Source: Octopus vulgaris (Eukaryota). From it: a stretch of 64,000 nucleotides of DNA. Both the position numbers and the translations under genes were made by a program. The DNA is taken from NCBI GenBank assembly GCA_951406725.2, contig OX597831.1, positions 67,766,001 through 67,830,000 on the forward strand. The letters are read 5' to 3'. This document shows, in pieces, positions 13,852-26,194 of this stretch. Under the pieces are notes generated by a model. The model searched no databases. It was not told the origin of the DNA and saw only the letters and a program-made list of their open reading frames with translations. The first letter of the stretch is position 1. Each line of letters starts with the position of its first letter.

Positions 13852-14259
13852 ATAGGCGCAGGAGTTGTTGTGTGGTAAGTTGCTTGCTAACCAACCACAT
13901 GGTTCCGGGTTCAGTCCCACTGCGTGGCACCTTGGGCAAGTGTCTTCTGCTATAGCCCCGGGCCAACCAATGCCTTGTGAGTGGATTTGGTAGACGGAAA
14001 CTGAAAGAAGCCCGTCGTATATATATATATATGTGTGTGCGTGTATGTTGTGTGTCTGTGTTTGTCCCCCTAGCATTGCTTGACAACCGATGCTGGTTTG
14101 TTTACGTCCCCATTACTTAGCAGTTCGGCAAAAGAGACCATTAGAATAAGTCCTGGGCTTACAAAAGAATAAGTCCCGGGGTTGAGGTGCTCGATTAAAG
14201 GTGGTGCTCCAGCATGGCCACAGTCAAATGACTGAAACAAGTAAAAGAGTAAAAGAGTA
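13852..14259 (+). mobile_element. SINE family A
   Basis: Full-length match to other copies. Confidence 0.92.
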
Positions 14260-14522
14260 AGTTAAATAGGTTAACGTGAATGAAAATGCTTGACAATGGT
14301 GCATTGCACCCAAGGGCAAATATTAAAAGTTATAATGCTATATACACTATGGAACGTAGGAGGATGGGAAGTTATATGTGAAAAATTGTGTGACTAGCGG
14401 GATGCAAGTGTTTAGATTTGTGTTTGGCCAGTTGTAGGGAAAAACTTTCAAAGTATGTTGTCAGATGCAGAGGCCTATGCGTAGAGATTATTGAAAGTAA
14501 ACAAAATTATGAAGTGTGGCTG

Positions 14523-14914
14523 TTACTCTTTTACTCTTTTACTTGTTTCAGTCATTTGACTGCGGCCATGCTGGAGCACCGCCTTTAATCGAGCAACTCG
14601 ACCCCAGGACTTATTCATTTGTAGGCCCAGTACTTACTATATCGGTCTCTTTTGCCGAACCACTAAGTAACGGGGACATAAACACACCAGCATCGGTAGT
14701 CAAGCAATGCTAGGGGAACAAACACAGACACACACACGCATATATATATACATATATACGACGGGCTTCTTTCAGTTTCCATCTACCAAATCCACTCACA
14801 AGGCTTTGGTCGGCCCGAGGCTATAGTAGAAGACACTTGCCCAAAGTACCACGCAGTGGGACTGAACCCGGAACCATGTGGTTGGTAAACAAGCTACTTA
14901 CTACACAGCCACTG
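14523..14914 (-). mobile_element. SINE family A
   Basis: Full-length match to other copies. Confidence 0.92.
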
Positions 14915-15687
14915 CTGAGAAGCTGTGCATGAGGGAGGATATGTAATTACATGGTCAATTCAAAAGACAAATGAAGGAAGTAAAAGCAATGGTTACCTTA
15001 AGAGAGACACAGAAAATATGTTGGTGACTGTTTAGGCTCAAGCACTAAACACAAACTGTGTATAACCTAGATTAAATAACTAAGTGAAGATTATGTAGGA
15101 AGTGTGAGTGTCTGGGACATGCTTGCACAGAGAGAATATAAAAGGTGTGATGATGAAGTGTGCTTACACCTGCACTGGTCTTTATGCAAGAAATATGGGT
15201 TTCCACCACTGAGAGATGGTATCAGCACAAGCCAGAGAAGGTCCCAGAAAATCAGACAGAAAATCTTGTGGGGCTTTACAATCCAGACAGATTGAATTCT
15301 TGAACATACAAGCCATATGTAATTCTGGTGGGAAAAGGCACTGTAAGACAGTGCTTGCTGAGCAATGTAGCTTGCCCAGGAGATCATTATATCAATTTTA
15401 AAGAAAATGAAAAGATCGTAATGTATGCTGGCTTAAGAATAGATGTAGAAAAAATGTGGAATATGAGAGCAAGAGCGGTACCAATTGTGATTGGAGCATT
15501 TGGCTCACTGACAAAAAGTCTTCAGAACACCTTGATGCAAATGGAATCCTAGTATTATGACACTGAAAAGGTCAATACTTTTGGGAACAGCAAATATCCT
15601 ACAAAAAGTAGTCTGAGGTTACACAACTTGATAGGGAGCCAATTAAATGACCAAGGGTTGACAAGATAATCATTGTGCAAATGAAGG

Positions 15688-15729
<42 letters not shown>

Positions 15730-15955
15730 CATTGTTCGACCGTGGTCGAGACAATGGAATTTACCATGCTACGCCAGACTTCACGGTCCATCATGGCATT
15801 ACAGAGGTCCTGTTGCTGGATGCCTGTATCCCTGGAGATTACATCAGGGTAGGAGAGTGTGCACCCTCTAGTATTGCGAGTAGATGGCTTCCAGAGGAGA
15901 AGAGTAGAAATTACCTCTTTTTCGGCTCTACAACAAACTGGACTCTCCTACCTTT
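15688..15955 (-). mobile_element. 3' end of a second RTE-like LINE with (TAG)n tail
   Basis: Minus strand reads EVISTLLLWKPS...YPDVISRDTG...AMMDREVWRSMV..., a typical RTE ORF2 C-terminus, then (TAG)n. Confidence 0.7.
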
Positions 15956-16002
<47 letters not shown>

Positions 16003-16004
16003 AC

Positions 16005-16057
<53 letters not shown>

Positions 16058-16084
16058 TAATAATAATAAAATAATAATAGTTTT

Positions 16085-16240
16085 TAATTTAGGTACAAGA
16101 CCTGGTGTACTAGACTAGTACTTTATCAAATTCTGAAGGACGAAAGGCAAAGTTGACTTTGGTCGAGTTTGATGTCAAACTGGAAAGAACTGTGACAATG
16201 ATGCAAGGTATTTTGTCCAATGTTCTGTTTGCAAGGCATT
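16085..16240 (-). mobile_element. SINE family C, degraded
   Basis: Contains gaaaggcaaagttgac, the core shared with 55435-55815. Confidence 0.6.
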
Positions 16241-16814
16241 TTGTCCAGTTCTGTTTGTCCACCAATAATAACGACAATCTTTTTTAATTTTCAAAAGGAC
16301 TAAGAATGATTAGGAGAGCATTACAAAATATATCAAACCAAACATATAAATGTGCATAAATGTGAATGAGCGATTTATATACGTAAAATGGAATGGATGA
16401 AATAAAGAAATGTCTAGAACTTTCAGAAATGTGCAATTTGAGAAAAATGCAGAATTTGAAGCAGATAGACAAAAAACGACAAGGTGGTATTAATGTCTTA
16501 TGTTTCCACCGTCAGCAACACCAGCACTAACTACTCCAGTAAGATATAGTTATGTTACTGATATATATGCTTAATACGTAGCCAGTAGAGAGAATGTGTA
16601 GAGCTGTTGTTGAAAACTATGAACAGATGTAATGTTTTACAATTCTAACAAAATTAGAGGATCAATTGAGATTTGCCTGAAGCTGTGCACATAATATAGA
16701 TTATCAAATGAAAACTGTTTCTGAGAAGATAATGCTTCGGATTATATTGCACTTCTCTCCTTTTTCTTGTTTTCAAGTAGTTTCTTTCCATGAGAATGTA
16801 GACTAATAATGATA

Positions 16815-16869
<55 letters not shown>

Positions 16870-16967
16870 TGTATATATATATATATATTGGTAAAAACGG
16901 TAAGATAACAAAAGAAAGGAAGAGACCTCAATATTATGTAAATAGAGGAAATTTATCTGTAAAATAG

Positions 16968-17072
16968 TATGTGACAATTATTCGGTTGCCAAGATAAAAC
17001 TCTGAGTTTCGGATGCCAAAGTGGAAATTCACAACACCATCTCTTCAGTTATCTGGCCATAATTGTCACATA
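16968..17072 (-). ncRNA. Hammerhead ribozyme-like motif (type I, PLE-associated), slightly degenerate
   Basis: Minus strand: AGATAA-CTGAAGA-GATG...CATCC-GAAA-CTCAGAG-TT-TTATCT, enclosed by a 13-bp inverted repeat tatgtgacaatta/taattgtcacata. Confidence 0.65.
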
Positions 17073-17081
17073 TTATTTTAC

Positions 17082-17154
<73 letters not shown>

Positions 17155-17155
<1 letters not shown>

Positions 17156-17520
17156 TTTATTAAAAAGCAGCAACAATTATTACAAAACTATTACTCAGAC
17201 TTTCCTGTTCCCGTTCGTCGGACAGTTTTGTTTAGAATGGAACAAAATAAGGTTATAAGCAAACGTATACAATTAGTTGGTCCTTTCAACTAACGGTCTT
17301 TACAATGACCAGTTGCATGCAATGAACAGATTTCAGTATAAAACCATCTTATTATAAAATCAAAGAAAGCCTTAAATCAAAAATAGCTTATAAAGAAGGA
17401 AAAGTCCTGAATACCCAGGGTAAATAATTATCTGTAAAATATTAATTAATTAATACATTAAAAGTTATATCCGTTTAAAAAAATTTTCACATTGGATTAC
17501 ATATACATTTAGCAGTATAT
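17155..17520 (-). mobile_element. PLE terminal-repeat copy with degenerate hammerhead at 17188-17225
   Basis: Minus strand ctgt-CCGACGA-acgggaacag-GAAA-gtctga-GTA-atag, then the same downstream sequence as 17982-18015. Confidence 0.65.
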
Positions 17521-17656
17521 GCACATACCAAACCATTTATAATATACACATATACACTAAACATACAGATGCATGTACATAGCTACATACATATACAGAA
17601 ATATATATAAATAAGATATAAATATATACACAAATGCATAGGCAGATATATATATT

Positions 17657-17932
17657 CTGTGCCGGTGGCACGTAAAAAGCACCATCTGATCGTGGCCGTT
17701 GCCAGCCTCCTCTGACCCCTGTGCCGGTGCATGTAAAAAGCACCCTCTACACTCACGGAGTGGTTGGCGTTAGGAAGGGCATCCAGCTGTAGAAACACTG
17801 TCAGGTTAGACTGGAGCCTGGTGCAGCCTCCTGGCTTCCCAGACCCTGGTCGAACCATCCAACCCATGCTAGCATGGAAAACGGACGTTAAACGATGATT
17901 AGGATGATGATGATGATGATGAAGATGATGAT
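17657..17932 (+). mobile_element. RTE LINE 3' end fragment
   Basis: ggtggcacgtaaaaagcacc units and ...ccatgctagcatggaaaacggacgttaaacgatgat terminus. Confidence 0.88.
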
Positions 17933-17954
17933 ATGTACGTCCACATATGCACAA

Positions 17955-18815
17955 ACAGGAACGTGAAACTCTGAGTAACAGTCTTTGTGATATTTTTGCT
18001 GCTTTTTAATAAAGCATGTTGCTCTACCTCTAGTATTCAAGTTCTATTTTTTCCACCTTGTTTCACATTTATGTGCTTGCTCTGGTGTAACCCGCTCCAT
18101 TTTTAGAAAGTTTGAGCGACTCTCCACAAATAGGAAGAAGAAACAGCTGAAAGAAATGGAACTTTACCCATTGGATTTTTCTCAAAAAGAATAGACCCAT
18201 CCTGGCACAGAAGCAATGCTGCAAGAGTCTTATCGAAAAAACGGAGGAGTTTATCCGAAGAATGAGATGGAAAACCTTCTTCTTTGATACAAAGCAGAAA
18301 TCTAACGGAAGCAAATATGGACTTAAATCTTCCAAAAATCCAACACCTATTTTGGAATTGGAAGCTTTGAAAAAGACTTTTTCAGGCTAATGAGAAAAAT
18401 TAAATTCTGCAAATTCAACAACCAACTTCAGAGAGAGTTGAAAGAAAAAATTAGATCATAAAGAACTCGGATAAGATCATCGTAAATCCGACAAGACAAA
18501 AAACTTATACATGGTTGACAAAGATATTTATAAACGTCTACTTTTCGAACAGCATTACAGACACCTACAACAAAGATAACACGAATTTATATAAAGAGGT
18601 GAATTTGGAGGCAAGAAGAATTGCTAACAACCTTAAAGCTAGTGATAGGATAGAATACCTACCCTCATGCCAACCCTTTATTACCCTAAAAGACCACAAA
18701 GCTAATTTCAACAGAAATCCTAAATGTAGACTAATTAATCCAGCTAAAACTGAAATAAGTATTATTAGCAAATATATTTTAGATCGTATTTTAAGCAAAT
18801 TAGATAGTGAATTAT
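17955..18815 (+). mobile_element. Penelope-like element 5' part (hammerhead 3' half, 5' UTR, ORF N-terminus and start of RT); probably Naiad-type
   Basis: GAAACTCTGAGTAACAG at 17965-17981; frameshifted peptide LIEKTEEFIRRMRWKTFFF...SDKTKNLY...FITLKDHKANFNRNPKCRLINPAKTEI. Clade call is from memory. Confidence 0.8.
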
Positions 18816-18962
18816 CTCTCCTTGTTTTTCTGTGTACCTTTCTGTAGAAGAGCATAGGCTCGAAACGTAGAAGACTTTTTCTATTCCTGAGCGTTATACT
18901 AATACATCTGTTTGTTTTGTACACCACCTGCTTCAGCTTTTGTTTTTTTCGTAAACTTTCCC
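18815..18962 (+). mobile_element. Short PLE terminal repeat with minimal hammerhead-like motif at 18838-18873
   Basis: cttt-CTGTAGA-a-GAGC-atag-GCTC-GAAA-C-GTA-gaag (core A6 changed to T); homologous to 61570-61760 on the minus strand. Confidence 0.65.
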
Positions 18963-19091
18963 TATATATATATATAATATTAGGGAATATAACTCCAAAC
19001 TTACAGAATCAAATTTCACAATATAAATATATAATATATATAAATTAGAAGTAATAAATCAATACTAAATCATAATAGTGGTTTTTCTCTA

Positions 19092-19147
<56 letters not shown>

Positions 19148-19874
19148 ATACATATAAGGCTAGTAGAGTTAGAGGTTGGAATAACCATCTAAAGGATAAA
19201 AATATCCATTTTACTACCAGTATAATTACCTATGTTAACCTATGACATACATATGTAAGCATATTATGCTCATAGATTACAGGTAATGATAAAGGTAAGC
19301 ATGAGTTTATCAGGAATCAAATTTAAAGTAAACAGAAAATGGAGAAATATTGATCAACAACAATCGACTAACATCAATTATTACTTTTTAATACAAATAG
19401 AATGTATCCCATCTAACAGCTGTTTCTACTTCCAATGTTCTACGGTATTGTCATTGAAAATTCTGAAAATAATATTCATCATATTTGGTAACACATCCTA
19501 TCTGGAGCATTGAGTGTCATCGAAGTGACGAAAAACACACAAAAGGAAAGAAAAGAAGAAGAGCCTCAAGAAGAAGATGAAAGGCTTAATATATTTAAAT
19601 CATAGTATTTTGCATATGAGTCGCTTCAGGACATTGAGTAAATGACTAAACTTAAAATATTAATTGGTGGGTTAATTTTTCTATGGGGGTAACAGGGTGT
19701 ATAAATGATAAAAAGGTAAAATCGAAAATTTACCAAAAATTGACTGGTGTTCATCAAAAAGATAAGTCATGCTCATACTTTTCTCTAATATTGTTAAATC
19801 TTATCAATTACTTATAAAGTATGGTGTAATTATAACGTCTTCATCTATGTTGTAAATTTATTTTACGTTATTGA

Positions 19875-19978
19875 GACCTGAAGAGTGGCTATGTATCGTT
19901 GGATCAAAGAAATATTAATTTTGATTATCGATTTTGATATTGTAGATTTGTATACATAGTCACAAAATGTGCGTCGTC
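19875..19978 (+). ncRNA. Hammerhead ribozyme relic with long loop II
   Basis: GAC-CTGAAGA-GTGGCTATGTAT-(55 nt)-ATACATAGTCAC-AAAA-TGTGC-GTC-GTC; G12 changed to A, consistent with CpG decay. Confidence 0.7.
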
Positions 19979-20087
19979 ATTTTAATGTGTAGAAAATTTT
20001 AGTACAACGTAAATAATAATGTATTTAAATTTATATAATATCTTTCAGGATTAATTAAATTACTTTATGGATGTTCTATCTCTTAAT

Positions 20088-20123
<36 letters not shown>

Positions 20124-20429
20124 ATATATGTATTTTGATAGATGTATATTTTTCTTTTGAATATTAAAAACAAGTGAGGAATGGGTATAATATACATTTG
20201 AAACCATCCTTTCTTCCATTTTTTATTACACTTTCTCCTCCTCCTTTTTCTTCTCAATTTATAATACTATTTTGCTTTATAGAATAGTTGGTTTATATAA
20301 CAGTTAATAACACACCACACACAGTTACACTTTTGAACTAAATTCAATTGATGTTCAGTATCTGACCACCCAGTCTTCAAGTTTAAGGACTTAAACACAG
20401 TCCCAATTTAAATGCCTTGTGAGTTTTGT

Positions 20430-21130
20430 TCAGAAAGCAATACATAACCAATATACCGAATGGGATTTTTTTCCTCTGACACATTGAGACTGTTGTTATA
20501 TTATAGAAACTCTCATATATTCACAGACCTTCTTTTACTCACACACTGAACATCTAATTCTGGCTACAAAACTACCTGTCAGGTTTATGTATTGCACGAA
20601 ACAAACACTTTCAGGATTTGCAATTTCCTGAAAAGAATACAACAGGAATCCATCCTCTTGGCCATACTTTTTAACCTATACCTACACGACCTTCCTACAT
20701 CTTCACAAATCATACAGACAGCATCATACTTTGATTATATCACACTACCGTCTCACCATTCTCTCTAAACACTGCTGCACAACTCCAATCCTACATAAAT
20801 CACCGACAAATCTTGCTCTACAACAATGGAATCTGCTGTCTCCTTCGTAAGTAGCAACACCAGAGAATATTGAAAATGACTAATTATCACACTTGACAAA
20901 AGAACACACCACATTCACAGAAGACAAAAATACTAGAATTAGAACATTTACAAGAAACAAAAGCACTGATGTACAAACAATACATTAAATCACTCTTGAA
21001 CAAAGTATTTCTTGCCTGGACCTTCATCTCTCCCAGGTTGTACACAGATGGCAATCACAGACTGCATACACAATGAATAAAAAAAAAAAAAAAAATCTAA
21101 ACCACCTGGATAAATGAGGGAAATAGTTTG
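20430..21130 (+). pseudogene. Very degraded LINE RT fragment (I/Jockey-like)
   Basis: Remnant QESILLAILFNLYLHDLP at about 20643-20700 resembles the PQGS.LSP.LFNLY RT motif. Confidence 0.4.
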
Positions 21131-22001
21131 TTAGTGCAGCTAACTTCAGCCACCATAGTCTCATCTCCAAACAATCAAACATCTCCTATTCAGCGCTACC
21201 AAAAAAAAAACAAAACAAAAAAAAAACGCAAACAGTCCCTAATACTCTGCTGGGGTGCACACAATTTCTACTGTAGTCACAACAAGAATCTGTAAGTTCA
21301 CTGACTTAGACTGAAAAGTGTACAAACTATTCAGACTGTCACACCACATTGAATATGAGTCATCATTGCCTGATGGAAAAAAACAAAACAATATCATCCT
21401 CATTTAGTTGGAAACATAATAAAACTTGGAAAATGGATGTGTGTATCACCTCACCATATGGCTGACTAGTTACAACTGCTGGATCAAAGCTGAACAACGT
21501 GATTTCTATACAAATAGTTACTGAAATTAAAAGGTAGGTCTGCATCAACAGAAATATAGTTAGAAATAAAATGGAAAATATGTTTGCTGCTGGGTTGTGA
21601 GCTAACAGTGTTAAAAATTTCAAGCAACTTTTTTTCACTCTTACACCTTCTCCCATTTAATCCTTACTCTAGACATTTCTTTACTCTCGGCTTCATTTTC
21701 ACAATTAATCCAATCCTATGCTTATAGATTCCAGCATATTCAGATTTCATAATCTCAGGAAATGTTGTAGTTTGAGTGTAATATTATTTATCAAGTTTGC
21801 ACTTCATTGTATTAGAAATGTTTTTAGTCACAAAAGCTAAACAAATTGTAATGAGGTGCATCTCATTCATGCATGCACGTGCACGTGCGTGTGTGTGTGT
21901 GCTGACAATAATACTTGGTGCACATTATCTCTCTTACATAAAGTCAAATCAAGCTCAGTGGATGAAGAATTCAATAACTAGTGTTTCTTCTTTTTATATC
22001 A

Positions 22002-22163
22002 ACAGGAGTGACTGTGTGGTAAGTAGCTTGCTAACCAACCACATGTTTCTGGGTTCAGTCCCACTGTGTGGCATCTTGGGCAAGTGTCTTCTGCTATAGC
22101 CCCGGGCCGACCAATGCCTTGTGAGTGGATTTGGTAGACGGAAACCGAAAGAAGCCTGTCGTA

Positions 22164-22207
<44 letters not shown>

Positions 22208-22428
22208 CGTATGTGTTTGTGTGTCTGTGTTTGTCCCCCTAGCATTGCTTGACAACCAATGCTGGTGTGTTTACGTCCTCGTCACTTAGCGGTTTGGCAA
22301 AAGAGACCGATAGAATAAGTACTGAGCTTACAAAGAATAAGTCCCGGGGTTGATATGCTCGACTAAAGGCGGTGCTCCAGCATGGCCACAGTCAAATGAC
22401 TGAAACAAGTAAAAGAGTAAAAGAGTAA
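22002..22428 (+). mobile_element. SINE family A
   Basis: Full-length match to other copies. Confidence 0.92.
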
Positions 22429-22921
22429 ACTGTCCCAATATTACCAACAACCCATCAATTCCTTTAGCCATATATGACACTGCTCAGTTTGTTCTGCATA
22501 AAAAGAATGATATCTTTAGCCTAAGTTAAACGTTTCTTCTAATTTTACACTTTGGTGTAAACTTTATTTTCCTCACAGCAGATTATTCACTGCATTCACA
22601 ATTATCAGTGCACTATCCTTCTCACTTGCAAAAATGTTGGATTATTGCCAAAACTTCATCTTTGAAAAATTCCTATCAATATTGCTAACGTATTGAAGCA
22701 AACTCCGCTTTTAAAATAGTCAGCAAACAATTTGTGAAATCAATAATTTATTTCAACATCCAGTTACTGAAAATCTCCTATAGGACAGAAGAAAGGTAAA
22801 AATACAGAAATTTTCACTTACCTGATCAACAGTTTTCTGTCATTCTATATTGCATTATCCTTTTAGGATTGATAGAATAAGTACCAGTTGAGTACTGGGG
22901 TTGACCTCATGCCAAAATTTG

Positions 22922-23027
<106 letters not shown>

Positions 23028-23117
23028 CATTATTATTATTATTATTATTATTTTCATTATTATTAATAATATTATTATTATTAGTATCATCATTATTATT
23101 ATTATTGTTATCATTAT

Positions 23118-23278
23118 TGAGTGAGAGAACAGTTCATGCCATCAAAGTGACACTGGGGTAAAATATACAAAGCCTAATATACCCATCATGACTACCTGTC
23201 TGATAAGGGTACACTAGGCACATGCATCACAACCATATGTGCGCGACATGGTGATCTCATATCAAGATAAACAGCATA
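23118..23278 (-). mobile_element. 3' terminus of a (TAA)n-tailed retroelement, copy 1
   Basis: Near-identical to 23660-23818; abuts (TTA)n. Confidence 0.7.
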
Positions 23279-23294
23279 TTATTATTATTATTAC

Positions 23295-23625
23295 TATTAT
23301 TCAGTAGTTTTATTTTTATAGCATGCTTTCACTTCACTACCGAGCGCAGCTCTGTGTGCCTTGGGTATGTGCTGTGATTTGTTGTGATGCTCTGATGGTT
23401 ATTGTATGGAAAGTGTTCTGCGTAGGATGTGTGCAGTGCCTAGTAGTGCAATTTTCTGTATGTTATATGTGTTTGTAAGTCCTGGTGTTTTTGTTATGTA
23501 TTTGTCTGAATATTTTTTTATCATGCCTAATGCACCTACTATGATAGGAATTGTTTCTGTTTTCAGATTCCACATTCTAGTTACCTCTATTTCCAGGTCT
23601 TTGTATTTTGAGAGTTTCTCCATTT
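23295..23625 (-). mobile_element. R4/Dong-like LINE 3' end
   Basis: ORF EKLSKYKDLEIEVTRMW...IPIIVGALG...IQKIALLGTAHILRRTLS (RLE domain C-terminus) embedded in (TAA)n. Confidence 0.85.
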
Positions 23626-23626
23626 C

Positions 23627-23659
<33 letters not shown>

Positions 23660-23660
<1 letters not shown>

Positions 23661-23997
23661 GAGTGAGAGAGCAGTTCATGCCATCAAAGTGACACTGGGG
23701 TAAAATATACGAAGCCCAATATACCCATCATGACTACCCGTCTGATAAGGGTACACCAGGCACATGCATCACAACCATATGTGCGCGATATGGTGGTCTC
23801 ATATCAAGATAAACAGCACATGACCTTGCAGGTGGGGCCCAGTTAGAATTTTCTTCAGGTTTAGTAGCCCATCCCGCTCAAAAGGTTCCTGAATAAGAGT
23901 TGTTTAAGGATGTTGAAAGAACCACCTATGTTTCCAGAGGTGAATTATTCAAACCCCAAAGAATCCCTCTCAACACATGGCTATGATGCTCCCCCAC

Positions 23998-24003
<6 letters not shown>
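23660..24003 (-). mobile_element. 3' terminus of a (TAA)n-tailed retroelement, copy 2 (longer)
   Basis: Duplicate of 23118-23278, extended by about 185 bp. Confidence 0.7.
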
Positions 24004-24042
<39 letters not shown>

Positions 24043-24373
24043 TTATTATTATTATTATTAAGGCAGTGAGCTGGCTGAATCAATACTACACCAGACAAAA
24101 TGCTTATCCCAGAAAGAAGTAAATCAGGATCATAGATATTGCCATATCTGGAGATGCATGAGTGGATGTCATAGAACTGGTAAAGATTGAAAAGTACAAG
24201 CTACTAAATGATGAAACTGCATGGATGTGGGCAATCGTCCCAATAGTTGTAGGACATTGAGAGCATTAGCAAACAGATTTGAGAAATTTGTTAGAGAAAG
24301 TAGGATTGACATGATGGTAGAACATGCTCAGAAACCTGTTTTATTGGGAACAGCAAGGATTTTGAGATTAGCA

Positions 24374-24575
24374 TTTACTCTTACTCTTTTACTTGTTTCA
24401 GTCATTTGACTGCGGCCATGCTGGAGCACCGCCTTTAGTCGAGCAAATCGACCCCGGGACTTATTCTTTGTAAGCCCAGTACTTATTCTATCGGTCTCTT
24501 TTGCCGAACTGCTAAGTGACGAGGACGTAAACACACCAGCATTGGTTGTCAAGCAATGCTAGGGGGACAAACACA

Positions 24576-24625
<50 letters not shown>

Positions 24626-24799
24626 CATATATACGACAGGCTTCTTTCAGTTTCCGTCTACCAAATCCACTCACAAGGCATTGGTCGGCCCGGGGCCATA
24701 GCAGAAGACACTTGCCCAAGATGCCATGCAGTGGGACTGAACCCGGAACCATGTGGTTGGTTAGCAAGCTACTTACCACACAGCCACTCCTGCGCCTAT
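24374..24799 (-). mobile_element. SINE family A
   Basis: Full-length match to other copies. Confidence 0.92.
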
Positions 24800-24805
24800 C
24801 AGGCG

Positions 24806-24834
24806 TTAGGGTTAGGGTTAGGGTTAGGGTTAGG
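24806..24834 (+). repeat. Interstitial telomeric repeat (TTAGGG)4-TTAGG
   Basis: Read directly from the sequence. Confidence 0.9.
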
Positions 24835-24938
24835 ATATTTGGATATTTGGATATTAAAGATCTGGTGAGACCCTTGGCAACAGGTTGTTGTCCTACATAA
24901 TTAGCTGGAACAACTGACATTAAGAGCTTGAGAAGTGA

Positions 24939-24989
<51 letters not shown>

Positions 24990-24995
<6 letters not shown>

Positions 24996-25623
24996 CCTTT
25001 CTAGTATAGGCACAAGACCTGAAATTTTGGGGGAAGGGACCTCACTGCTTCACTGATAATTAATTTATTGACCCTGAAATGATGAAAGGCAAAGCCAACC
25101 TCGGTAGAATTTGAAACGTAATGATGGTCGAAATAGCACTAAACATTTTGCCCAGTGGTGCTAACGATTCTGCTAGCTCACCACCTTAATGATAATAATA
25201 ATAGCAACAATTCTTTCTACTATTAGAACAAAGCCTGAATTTTGTGGGGAGGGACTAGTCCATTATATTGAGCACAGTGCTCAACTGGTACTTTATGTTA
25301 TCGACATAAAAGAGATGAAAACAAAGTTAACCATGGCAGAATTTGAGCTCAGAAGATAAAGATGGACAAAATGTTGCTATGCCAGCTTAATAATAATAGT
25401 TTCAAATTTTGGCACAAGGACAGCCATTTTGGAAGAGGAGATAGGTCGATTTCATCGATCCTAGTGTTTCACTGGTACTTAATTTTTCGACTCTGAAAGG
25501 ACGAAAGGCAAAATCGACCTTGGTGGAATTTGAACTCAGAACATAACGGCAGACGAAATACCGCTAAGCATTTCGCCTAGTGTGCTAACGATACTGTTAA
25601 CTTGCTACCTAATAATGATGATG

Positions 25624-25673
<50 letters not shown>

Positions 25674-26127
25674 TTATTATTAATAATTATTATTATTATC
25701 ATTAGGCATGATAAAAAAATATTCAGACAAATACATAGCAAAAACACCAGGACTTACAAACACATATAACATACAGAAAATTGCACTACTAGGCACTGCA
25801 CACATCCTACGCAGAACACTTTCCATACAATAACCATCAGAGCATCACAACAAATCACAGCACATACCCAAGGCACACAGAGCTGCGCTCGGTAGTGAAG
25901 TGAAAGCACGCTATAAAAATAAAACTACTGAATAATAATAATAATAATCCTTTCTACTATAGGCACAAGGCCAGGAATTTGTGCTCGACCGGTAACTTAA
26001 TTTATTGACCCCGAAAGGATGAAAAGCAAAGTCGACCACAGCGAAATTTGAACTCAAAACGTAGCGACGGGCGAAATACCACTAAGCATTTCATTCAGTG
26101 TGCTAACGATTCTGCTAGCTCGCTGCC

Positions 26128-26128
<1 letters not shown>
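24990..26128 (-). mobile_element. Four stacked SINE family C copies (about 24990-25190, 25210-25390, 25400-25610, 25947-26128) in (TAA)n
   Basis: Each has ggcacaag... at the tail and a gaaaggcaaagtcgac...gaatttgaactc-like core, all in the same orientation. Confidence 0.8.
25700..25945 (+). mobile_element. R4/Dong-like LINE 3' end
   Basis: Reverse complement of 23295-23530, ending in (TAA)n. Confidence 0.85.
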
Positions 26129-26185
<57 letters not shown>

Positions 26186-26194
26186 AATAATTTA

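Larger units (their letters stand above)
13160..15620 (+). mobile_element. Decayed R4/Dong-like non-LTR retrotransposon (RT plus restriction-like endonuclease), interrupted by a MITE and two SINEs
   Basis: FMDDL RT motif (about 13219-13233), MEFG; LAQREYKR...LHWSLCKKYG, ILWGFTIQTD, NVACPGD...KENEKI, VPIVIGAFG. These are RLE-LINE C-terminal motifs. Confidence 0.8.
24110..24940 (+). mobile_element. R4/Dong-like LINE 3' end (different subfamily), interrupted by a SINE and telomeric repeats
   Basis: IIDIAISGD...KIEKYKLL...AQKPVLLGTARILRL; the 3' UTR resumes after 24840 and ends in (TAA)n. Confidence 0.75.
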
